NCBI GenBank assembly: GCA_002269645.1
Contig: NIVC01005027.1
Span: forward strand, 1 to 28,384
DNA from: Macrostomum lignano
Taxonomy: Eukaryota
Direction of reading: 5' to 3'
DNA: 28,384 bases
Shown: piece after piece, positions 12,001 through 23,100 of the stretch
How positions within the stretch are numbered: position 1 is the stretch's first letter
Layout of the letters: each line of letters opens with the position of its first letter
The notes under the pieces: model-generated
The model's input: only the letters and a program-made list of their open reading frames with translations
Told to the model about the DNA's origin: nothing
The model's database searches: none
Made by a program: the position numbers and the translations under genes

Positions 12001-15000
12001 GGCGCTGAGCCCAAGCCAACTAGAGAATGTGGAATTCCCCGAGCTGCCGAAGCTGCCCAAGTTTGTGCGCGTCGTGCTGAAGACGCTGCCAGGCAAGGCG
12101 ACTAGCGTCAGAGCCGAGTTGAAGGCTTGCCACAAGCCGAAGACTACCGTTAGGACGACACAACAGACGACGACCACGACGGGACGCACAACACCGAGCA
12201 CGACAAGCAGGAAGCCGGGATCGCCAGCCGCCGAGAAGCTCACCTTCCCGATGCCGTCGATGCCAGGAGCGACAGGAAAGACAACGACAACGCCGGCGCC
12301 TACTACAACAACAAGACGCCCGGCCGTGTGCCTGCGCAAGAGCGTGAAACTGTTTGAGAGCGGCGAGCTGCCCAGCGACGCGCTGACCAAGGCGGAGAAG
12401 CTCCCAGAGAAGAAGGAGTTCACACCCAAGGAGCGAAAGGAGGCCCTGCTGCCTAGCGGTAGTGGACTGCCAGTGAAGCGAGGCGGTTCCACCCAGCTCA
12501 CCTTCCAGGTGGACCGTCTGCCAAAGACTGCCAGCCTGATGAAGGTGGTGCTCAAGAGCAGCACGCCGGACAGTGTTCGCGAGGTGACCGTGTTTGTGGC
12601 CGACGAGGACAAGCCAGAGAAGTACGTGCAAGTGAACAGGGAGACGCCGAAGGAGCCTAAGAAGGCGCTGAGCCCAAGCCAACTAGAGAATGTGGAATTC
12701 CCCGAGCTGCCGAAGCTGCCCAAGTTTGTGCGCGTCGTGCTGAAGACGCTGCCAGGCAAGGCGACTAGCGTCAGAGCCGAGTTGAAGGCTTGCCACAAGC
12801 CGAAGACTACCGTTAGGACGACACAACAGACGACGACCACGACGGGACGCACAACACCGAGCACGACAAGCAGGAAGCCGGGATCGCCAGCCGCCGAGAA
12901 GCTCACCTTCCCGATGCCGTCGATGCCAGGAGCGACAGGAAAGACAACGACAACGCCGGCGCCTACTACAACAACAAGACGCCCGGCCGTGTGCCTGCGC
13001 AAGAGCGTGAAACTGTTTGAGAGCGGCGAGCTGCCCAGCGACGCGCTGACCAAGGCGGAGAAGCTCCCAGAGAAGAAGGAGTTCACACCCAAGGAGCGAA
13101 AGGAGGCCCTGCTGCCTAGCGGTAGTGGACTGCCAGTGAAGCGAGGCGGTTCCACCCAGCTCACCTTCCAGGTGGACCGTCTGCCAAAGACTGCCAGCCT
13201 GATGAAGGTGGTGCTCAAGAGCAGCACGCCGGACAGTGTTCGCGAGGTGACCGTGTTTGTGGCCGACGAGGACAAGCCAGAGAAGTACGTGCAAGTGAAC
13301 AGGGAGACGCCGAAGGAGCCTAAGAAGGCGCTGAGCCCAAGCCAACTAGAGAATGTGGAATTCCCCGAGCTGCCGAAGCTGCCCAAGTTTGTGCGCGTCG
13401 TGCTGAAGACGCTGCCAGGCAAGGCGACTAGCGTCAGAGCCGAGTTGAAGGCTTGCCACAAGCCGAAGACTACCGTTAGGACGACACAACAGACGACGAC
13501 CACGACGGGACGCACAACACCGAGCACGACAAGCAGGAAGCCGGGATCGCCAGCCGCCGAGAAGCTCACCTTCCCGATGCCGTCGATGCCAGGAGCGACA
13601 GGAAAGACAACGACAACGCCGGCGCCTACTACAACAACAAGACGCCCGGCCGTGTGCCTGCGCAAGAGCGTGAAACTGTTTGAGAGCGGCGAGCTGCCCA
13701 GCGACGCGCTGACCAAGGCGGAGAAGCTCCCAGAGAAGAAGGAGTTCACACCCAAGGAGCGAAAGGAGGCCCTGCTGCCTAGCGGTAGTGGACTGCCAGT
13801 GAAGCGAGGCGGTTCCACCCAGCTCACCTTCCAGGTGGACCGTCTGCCAAAGACTGCCAGCCTGATGAAGGTGGTGCTCAAGAGCAGCACGCCGGACAGT
13901 GTTCGCGAGGTGACCGTGTTTGTGGCCGACGAGGACAAGCCAGAGAAGTACGTGCAAGTGAACAGGGAGACGCCGAAGGAGCCTAAGAAGGCGCTGAGCC
14001 CAAGCCAACTAGAGAATGTGGAATTCCCCGAGCTGCCGAAGCTGCCCAAGTTTGTGCGCGTCGTGCTGAAGACGCTGCCAGGCAAGGCGACTAGCGTCAG
14101 AGCCGAGTTGAAGGCTTGCCACAAGCCGAAGACTACCGTTAGGACGACACAACAGACGACGACCACGACGGGACGCACAACACCGAGCACGACAAGCAGG
14201 AAGCCGGGATCGCCAGCCGCCGAGAAGCTCACCTTCCCGATGCCGTCGATGCCAGGAGCGACAGGAAAGACAACGACAACGCCGGCGCCTACTACAACAA
14301 CAAGACGCCCGGCCGTGTGCCTGCGCAAGAGCGTGAAACTGTTTGAGAGCGGCGAGCTGCCCAGCGACGCGCTGACCAAGGCGGAGAAGCTCCCAGAGAA
14401 GAAGGAGTTCACACCCAAGGAGCGAAAGGAGGCCCTGCTGCCTAGCGGTAGTGGACTGCCAGTGAAGCGAGGCGGTTCCACCCAGCTCACCTTCCAGGTG
14501 GACCGTCTGCCAAAGACTGCCAGCCTGATGAAGGTGGTGCTCAAGAGCAGCACGCCGGACAGTGTTCGCGAGGTGACCGTGTTTGTGGCCGACGAGGACA
14601 AGCCAGAGAAGTACGTGCAAGTGAACAGGGAGACGCCGAAGGAGCCTAAGAAGGCGCTGAGCCCAAGCCAACTAGAGAATGTGGAATTCCCCGAGCTGCC
14701 GAAGCTGCCCAAGTTTGTGCGCGTCGTGCTGAAGACGCTGCCAGGCAAGGCGACTAGCGTCAGAGCCGAGTTGAAGGCTTGCCACAAGCCGAAGACTACC
14801 GTTAGGACGACACAACAGACGACGACCACGACGGGACGCACAACACCGAGCACGACAAGCAGGAAGCCGGGATCGCCAGCCGCCGAGAAGCTCACCTTCC
14901 CGATGCCGTCGATGCCAGGAGCGACAGGAAAGACAACGACAACGCCGGCGCCTACTACAACAACAAGACGCCCGGCCGTGTGCCTGCGCAAGAGCGTGAA

Positions 15001-18000
15001 ACTGTTTGAGAGCGGCGAGCTGCCCAGCGACGCGCTGACCAAGGCGGAGAAGCTCCCAGAGAAGAAGGAGTTCACACCCAAGGAGCGAAAGGAGGCCCTG
15101 CTGCCTAGCGGTAGTGGACTGCCAGTGAAGCGAGGCGGTTCCACCCAGCTCACCTTCCAGGTGGACCGTCTGCCAAAGACTGCCAGCCTGATGAAGGTGG
15201 TGCTCAAGAGCAGCACGCCGGACAGTGTTCGCGAGGTGACCGTGTTTGTGGCCGACGAGGACAAGCCAGAGAAGTACGTGCAAGTGAACAGGGAGACGCC
15301 GAAGGAGCCTAAGAAGGCGCTGAGCCCAAGCCAACTAGAGAATGTGGAATTCCCCGAGCTGCCGAAGCTGCCCAAGTTTGTGCGCGTCGTGCTGAAGACG
15401 CTGCCAGGCAAGGCGACTAGCGTCAGAGCCGAGTTGAAGGCTTGCCACAAGCCGAAGACTACCGTTAGGACGACACAACAGACGACGACCACGACGGGAC
15501 GCACAACACCGAGCACGACAAGCAGGAAGCCGGGATCGCCAGCCGCCGAGAAGCTCACCTTCCCGATGCCGTCGATGCCAGGAGCGACAGGAAAGACAAC
15601 GACAACGCCGGCGCCTACTACAACAACAAGACGCCCGGCCGTGTGCCTGCGCAAGAGCGTGAAACTGTTTGAGAGCGGCGAGCTGCCCAGCGACGCGCTG
15701 ACCAAGGCGGAGAAGCTCCCAGAGAAGAAGGAGTTCACACCCAAGGAGCGAAAGGAGGCCCTGCTGCCTAGCGGTAGTGGACTGCCAGTGAAGCGAGGCG
15801 GTTCCACCCAGCTCACCTTCCAGGTGGACCGTCTGCCAAAGACTGCCAGCCTGATGAAGGTGGTGCTCAAGAGCAGCACGCCGGACAGTGTTCGCGAGGT
15901 GACCGTGTTTGTGGCCGACGAGGACAAGCCAGAGAAGTACGTGCAAGTGAACAGGGAGACGCCGAAGGAGCCTAAGAAGGCGCTGAGCCCAAGCCAACTA
16001 GAGAATGTGGAATTCCCCGAGCTGCCGAAGCTGCCCAAGTTTGTGCGCGTCGTGCTGAAGACGCTGCCAGGCAAGGCGACTAGCGTCAGAGCCGAGTTGA
16101 AGGCTTGCCACAAGCCGAAGACTACCGTTAGGACGACACAACAGACGACGACCACGACGGGACGCACAACACCGAGCACGACAAGCAGGAAGCCGGGATC
16201 GCCAGCCGCCGAGAAGCTCACCTTCCCGATGCCGTCGATGCCAGGAGCGACAGGAAAGACAACGACAACGCCGGCGCCTACTACAACAACAAGACGCCCG
16301 GCCGTGTGCCTGCGCAAGAGCGTGAAACTGTTTGAGAGCGGCGAGCTGCCCAGCGACGCGCTGACCAAGGCGGAGAAGCTCCCAGAGAAGAAGGAGTTCA
16401 CACCCAAGGAGCGAAAGGAGGCCCTGCTGCCTAGCGGTAGTGGACTGCCAGTGAAGCGAGGCGGTTCCACCCAGCTCACCTTCCAGGTGGACCGTCTGCC
16501 AAAGACTGCCAGCCTGATGAAGGTGGTGCTCAAGAGCAGCACGCCGGACAGTGTTCGCGAGGTGACCGTGTTTGTGGCCGACGAGGACAAGCCAGAGAAG
16601 TACGTGCAAGTGAACAGGGAGACGCCGAAGGAGCCTAAGAAGGCGCTGAGCCCAAGCCAACTAGAGAATGTGGAATTCCCCGAGCTGCCGAAGCTGCCCA
16701 AGTTTGTGCGCGTCGTGCTGAAGACGCTGCCAGGCAAGGCGACTAGCGTCAGAGCCGAGTTGAAGGCTTGCCACAAGCCGAAGACTACCGTTAGGACGAC
16801 ACAACAGACGACGACCACGACGGGACGCACAACACCGAGCACGACAAGCAGGAAGCCGGGATCGCCAGCCGCCGAGAAGCTCACCTTCCCGATGCCGTCG
16901 ATGCCAGGAGCGACAGGAAAGACAACGACAACGCCGGCGCCTACTACAACAACAAGACGCCCGGCCGTGTGCCTGCGCAAGAGCGTGAAACTGTTTGAGA
17001 GCGGCGAGCTGCCCAGCGACGCGCTGACCAAGGCGGAGAAGCTCCCAGAGAAGAAGGAGTTCACACCCAAGGAGCGAAAGGAGGCCCTGCTGCCTAGCGG
17101 TAGTGGACTGCCAGTGAAGCGAGGCGGTTCCACCCAGCTCACCTTCCAGGTGGACCGTCTGCCAAAGACTGCCAGCCTGATGAAGGTGGTGCTCAAGAGC
17201 AGCACGCCGGACAGTGTTCGCGAGGTGACCGTGTTTGTGGCCGACGAGGACAAGCCAGAGAAGTACGTGCAAGTGAACAGGGAGACGCCGAAGGAGCCTA
17301 AGAAGGCGCTGAGCCCAAGCCAACTAGAGAATGTGGAATTCCCCGAGCTGCCGAAGCTGCCCAAGTTTGTGCGCGTCGTGCTGAAGACGCTGCCAGGCAA
17401 GGCGACTAGCGTCAGAGCCGAGTTGAAGGCTTGCCACAAGCCGAAGACTACCGTTAGGACGACACAACAGACGACGACCACGACGGGACGCACAACACCG
17501 AGCACGACAAGCAGGAAGCCGGGATCGCCAGCCGCCGAGAAGCTCACCTTCCCGATGCCGTCGATGCCAGGAGCGACAGGAAAGACAACGACAACGCCGG
17601 CGCCTACTACAACAACAAGACGCCCGGCCGTGTGCCTGCGCAAGAGCGTGAAACTGTTTGAGAGCGGCGAGCTGCCCAGCGACGCGCTGACCAAGGCGGA
17701 GAAGCTCCCAGAGAAGAAGGAGTTCACACCCAAGGAGCGAAAGGAGGCCCTGCTGCCTAGCGGTAGTGGACTGCCAGTGAAGCGAGGCGGTTCCACCCAG
17801 CTCACCTTCCAGGTGGACCGTCTGCCAAAGACTGCCAGCCTGATGAAGGTGGTGCTCAAGAGCAGCACGCCGGACAGTGTTCGCGAGGTGACCGTGTTTG
17901 TGGCCGACGAGGACAAGCCAGAGAAGTACGTGCAAGTGAACAGGGAGACGCCGAAGGAGCCTAAGAAGGCGCTGAGCCCAAGCCAACTAGAGAATGTGGA

Positions 18001-20022
18001 ATTCCCCGAGCTGCCGAAGCTGCCCAAGTTTGTGCGCGTCGTGCTGAAGACGCTGCCAGGCAAGGCGACTAGCGTCAGAGCCGAGTTGAAGGCTTGCCAC
18101 AAGCCGAAGACTACCGTTAGGACGACACAACAGACGACGACCACGACGGGACGCACAACACCGAGCACGACAAGCAGGAAGCCGGGATCGCCAGCCGCCG
18201 AGAAGCTCACCTTCCCGATGCCGTCGATGCCAGGAGCGACAGGAAAGACAACGACAACGCCGGCGCCTACTACAACAACAAGACGCCCGGCCGTGTGCCT
18301 GCGCAAGAGCGTGAAACTGTTTGAGAGCGGCGAGCTGCCCAGCGACGCGCTGACCAAGGCGGAGAAGCTCCCAGAGAAGAAGGAGTTCACACCCAAGGAG
18401 CGAAAGGAGGCCCTGCTGCCTAGCGGTAGTGGACTGCCAGTGAAGCGAGGCGGTTCCACCCAGCTCACCTTCCAGGTGGACCGTCTGCCAAAGACTGCCA
18501 GCCTGATGAAGGTGGTGCTCAAGAGCAGCACGCCGGACAGTGTTCGCGAGGTGACCGTGTTTGTGGCCGACGAGGACAAGCCAGAGAAGTACGTGCAAGT
18601 GAACAGGGAGACGCCGAAGGAGCCTAAGAAGGCGCTGAGCCCAAGCCAACTAGAGAATGTGGAATTCCCCGAGCTGCCGAAGCTGCCCAAGTTTGTGCGC
18701 GTCGTGCTGAAGACGCTGCCAGGCAAGGCGACTAGCGTCAGAGCCGAGTTGAAGGCTTGCCACAAGCCGAAGACTACCGTTAGGACGACACAACAGACGA
18801 CGACCACGACGGGACGCACAACACCGAGCACGACAAGCAGGAAGCCGGGATCGCCAGCCGCCGAGAAGCTCACCTTCCCGATGCCGTCGATGCCAGGAGC
18901 GACAGGAAAGACAACGACAACGCCGGCGCCTACTACAACAACAAGACGCCCGGCCGTGTGCCTGCGCAAGAGCGTGAAACTGTTTGAGAGCGGCGAGCTG
19001 CCCAGCGACGCGCTGACCAAGGCGGAGAAGCTCCCAGAGAAGAAGGAGTTCACACCCAAGGAGCGAAAGGAGGCCCTGCTGCCTAGCGGTAGTGGACTGC
19101 CAGTGAAGCGAGGCGGTTCCACCCAGCTCACCTTCCAGGTGGACCGTCTGCCAAAGACTGCCAGCCTGATGAAGGTGGTGCTCAAGAGCAGCACGCCGGA
19201 CAGTGTTCGCGAGGTGACCGTGTTTGTGGCCGACGAGGACAAGCCAGAGAAGTACGTGCAAGTGAACAGGGAGACGCCGAAGGAGCCTAAGAAGGCGCTA
19301 AGCCCAAGCCAACTAGAGAATGTGGAATTCCCCGAGCTGCCGAAGCTGCCCAAGTTTGTGCGCGTCGTGCTGAAGACGCTGCCAGGCAAGGCGACTAGCG
19401 TCAGAGCCGAGTTGAAGGCTTGCCACAAGCCGAAGACTACCGTTAGGACGACACAACAGACGACGACCACGACGGGACGCACAACACCGAGCACGACAAG
19501 CAGGAAGCCGGGATCGCCAGCCGCCGAGAAGCTCACCTTCCCGATGCCGTCGATGCCAGGAGCGACAGGAAAGACAACGACAACGCCGGCGCCTACTACA
19601 ACAACAAGACGCCCGGCCGTGTGCCTGCGCAAGAGCGTGAAACTGTTTGAGAGCGGCGAGCTGCCCAGCGACGCGCTGACCAAGGCGGAGAAGCTCCCAG
19701 AGAAGAAGGAGTTCACACCCAAGGAGCGAAAGGAGGCCCTGCTAGCGGTAGTGGACTGCCAGTGAAGCGAGGCGGTTCCACCCAGCTCACCTTCCAGGTG
19801 GACCGCTGCCAAAGACTGCCAGCCTGATGAAGGTGGTGCTCAAGAGCAGCACGCCGGACAGTGTTCGCGAGGTGACCGTGTTTGTGGCCGACGAGGACAA
19901 GCCAGAGAAGTACGTGCAAGTGAACAGGGAGACGCCGAAGGAGCCTAAGAAGGCGCTGAGCCCAAGCCAACTAGAGAATGTGGAATTCCCCGAGCTGCCG
20001 AAGCTGCCCAAGTTTTGCGCGT
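1..20022 (+). repeat. Coding tandem array, 663-bp unit, about 30.2 copies in window, open at the 5' edge
   Basis: One GAATTC per unit at 104, 763, 1425+663k (to 10707), 11369+663k (to 19325) and 19983 = 31 sites. The ORF track translations recur with an exact 221-aa / 663-nt period. Confidence 0.99.
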
Positions 20023-20176
20023 TATAGTTCAAATTTTGGCTGAGAATTCCACGAATGTTCTTTGGATCTATTTTCGTGTCAGGATGATTTTTATCCATGT
20101 ATGAATTGCACACACAACGGGACTTCGTCATTGACGGCTCGATTGTATCGCTTAATGGAGTCAAATGTGATCATCA
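1..20176 (+). CDS. Giant exon: array of [discoidin/F5-8C-like module + Thr/Pro-rich linker] repeats, diverged terminal strand and start of a vWC-like module
   Basis: ORFs 795-10754 (3319 aa) and 10739-19765 (3008 aa) are the same repeat frame split by a 1-nt deletion at ~10714. After 20022 the frame-corrected reading continues KFVRVIVQILAENSTNVxLDLFSCQDDFYPCMNCTH..DFVIDGSIVSLNGVKCDH up to the donor CA|GTAAGT at 20177. Confidence 0.85.
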
Positions 20177-23100
20177 GTAAGTGTTTAACGCGACTTGTAT
20201 TTTGGAGTTAAAGTTTTTGTTTAATTGTTTTATGAATTTCTTCGTTTTTAGTGTGTGCCGGAAACGATCGTGGGAGCCTCTTTATGACTGCTCGTCATGG
20301 AGTTCCTGGTCAAACTGCTCGTCGGAATGCGATGCCGGATTCAAGACTAGGATGAAGATCTGTCGTCTAGTTTCCGGGATCTGATGGCAAGGCAAAATCT
20401 GACGTCGTTGGAAAAGTGCTTTAACCAGGTCGAGCGAGAACCGTGTTTTAACAGAAGATGCTCTAGTATGTATTTTTTGCAATGCTCTTCTTCGTCACTT
20501 GAATTTTCGTTAATCTACTGCAATTTTGTTTTTTTTTTCAGAAACTGAGTGCAACCCTGCAGAATGGGGTCCCTGGAGCCCGTGCTCTGGAGAGTGCAGC
20601 ACTTTGCTTTCAGAGCGGAAGCGGCAGCCGGGCAGCGCTGTGTTGTCAGAATTTTGCAAGAAAGTTCAACTGCCAGAATCGCGCTTGTGCCCGAAACGAA
20701 AAGTGCCGTAAGTTAGAATCTGCTTTTTATTAGTATTCCTTCTTTGTATACCGAGACGCATTCCATTGTGCTTTACTATTCTTATTTAGTCTTGCTCTTT
20801 TAAAGTAGGATTAAATCATTTTCCTCTTTCAGTGTGCAAGGATCCCAATGCAGCGTGGAAACAACTGCTCAAACCAATGTCCTTTCACATGCGGCCACCT
20901 CTCCGAGCAATCTGCGTGTGTCATGACCTCTGCCTGCGTGCCTGGTGCGCGGCAAGCCAGCTATTACCTGCAGGACGGCCGCTGCGTACCGCAGTCGCAG
21001 TGCCGCTGCCCAGGTCTCACACCAACTACATTGGCGATTAGTACAACTGCACTGACGACTCCCAGTACTGGAGCCGCTGCCGCCTTGTTTGTGTCTTACT
21101 CAAGTCCAAAGGCTCGAATTCGCGGAACCGCCGCTCCTGACAAAATCTCAATGCTGATTCCGGATCTCAACCTATTGATCCCCGCACTGCCAACTATCGT
21201 AGGAGGTGGAGCTTCAAGCCAGCGATGGCGCTGACTTGAAATCAACGTCAGTTAGCGTTGGCGCTAAACCAATCCGCCTGCGACTTCCAGTTTCGCAAGC
21301 GCCACGCATCCGGGCACGGCAGCGCCGGATCGTGCGTCAATGCTCATCCCCATGCTTCCTGGCAAACCAGCTGCTACCCCTGTGAAGCCGGCTACGACTG
21401 CGACAGCACGACTCCTACAACACCGGTCAGGATTCGAGGCACTGCAGCGCCAGACGGAGTAAACCTGCTGATCCCTACGCTATCACTGGGCTCAGCTGCT
21501 AATACCACAACTATGGCTCCCAGTACAAACTGTTCCAACGACAACTGCGGCGGCATCTGTAGCACAGTTGCATCCGTGAATGGAATTCCCGCCGCACCTT
21601 CTAACGCTGCAACGCCAGGCGCTTTTGCTCCGGGAGTAACGAGCGGGTCGTCAGGCAGCTTCACAGTGAAGGGCTTTGTTTCTCCGCTCAAGGACTTGGT
21701 AAAGCCAACACACATGGGTGCGTTCGAGTAACGTCTCTGCTTAAACATGAAACGGCGCCTCCACCGCCCCACAGGCCCGGAGGCAACCACGGACGGTTCC
21801 AACATTCAGCATTCCGACTGCCGCCCAAGTTCCACCTACCTCACCATCGGAGGCAGGCCGGCTTTCAGGCTGCCGGGCCAGTTTAAACCGCCTCCGGCGT
21901 TCCGTCCACCCGGCGGTGGCAGCTTTGGAAAGTTTAATCCTGCAAGCCAGTTTTCCGCCTGCCGGAGCTGGCTCTTTCAATCCGCCGGGAAAGCCAGGCA
22001 CAAAGAATTCGAGTCCGTCTGTCTCACACTCCGGCCGCGGCTAGCCTGCCCAACCGGTGACTCCTAAGTCATCAAGCATCGACCCCGGCTCCCCCACCAG
22101 GCCTAAAGCCAGTCCCATCAGGCCAGCAGCTTCAGTTGCGCCCACTAAACGACTACAAAGGCGCCAGTGCCGATGTCGAGCCAGGGAACCAGAATTCGTG
22201 CACTGCTGCCGACGATCGCGTGGACCTACGAATTCCAACTCTGCCGAACTTGCTGCCTCTGCCAACTTCTCCAAGGACTAAGCTGTTTACAAAGCGCTCA
22301 ACGCCGTCAACTAGATCCATGCCGACATTGGTCCCATACAAGCGCTACCGCTAAGCGAAAAACTTACTTCGGCCGCTCCAGTCACTAGCAAGCTCTACGC
22401 CCATCTTTCCCGGGTATTCCGCCAGCGGACCGCACGCGCCGCCCGGTGGACAAGGTTCCAGCCGGCAACGCCTAAAGCCGACAACAGTTGCGACAACAAC
22501 ATCGATGGGTACTCGAGCTACTAACAGTGGGTGATGATTGGTGGCAGCAACTGTACATGCACATCAGGCAAGACCACCTGCGTTGGAGGGCACGAGGACT
22601 CGCTAGCTGCCTGGTCTACGTGGACAGCGTGGTCCAACTGCAGCGCCGCACTGTGGCCAGGCAAGCAAGCAGTACAGGTTCCGCCAGTGTTCTGGCCCAG
22701 CCTGCGTTGGAAAACGGTCACGCCAATGAGTCCAGAGCTTGCACCGGAGTGGACTGCTACTGCGTCTTCAGCCGAGCCAACTACAGTGGCTGCTAACTGA
22801 TGATTACTATCACGCCGAGATGTGGGTCGAACGTGACGGAAAACCAGCCTGAGCAGTCCTCTGGAAACAGTGAACGACGGCGATAGACCAACGGCTCGGT
22901 GCTGCAGGTCGGCTGCCTTCGTTGCACCTGCAAGGACGGCGCGATTTGCCTGCAAAACTGCAGCGCTGCGCAGCGACTGTCAATGGCGCCTGGCAGCCGT
23001 GGCACACGTGCAGTGCACCTGCGGAGGCGGCTTGCAGACAAGACTACGGACGATTCACAAGCCAGCTGTAGCCGACGGTGCGCCTTGCCAGGCGAGCGGC

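Noticed and set aside
1413-19261. Series of identical 220-aa antisense ORFs
   Set aside because: In-register antisense of the real frame, stopped once per unit by the single CTA codon; an automatic consequence of the repeat.
725-19812. Very long antisense ORFs (3543 aa and 3047 aa)
   Set aside because: Shadow frames. A stop needs sense T/C|TA (before Tyr) or T|CA (before His/Gln) across a codon boundary; the unit has one Tyr preceded by G and no His/Gln preceded by T. One open unit makes the whole array open. The product (poly-Val mirroring poly-Thr) has no recognisable domain.
1-20022. Rolling-circle concatemer, synthetic construct or non-coding satellite
   Set aside because: The array runs in frame into a diverged homologous strand with exact Cys spacing and then into spliced exons, so it is a natural coding array, although the copy number may be mis-assembled.
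20010-20026. Splice donor at the array end (AA|GTTTTG or GC|GTTATA) and a cryptic phase-2 donor AA|GTTTGT in every unit giving length isoforms
   Set aside because: A consensus GTAAGT donor at 20177 with plausible coding sequence before it explains the structure better. The cryptic sites are weak and would cut each domain before its closing Cys; there is no evidence without RNA data.
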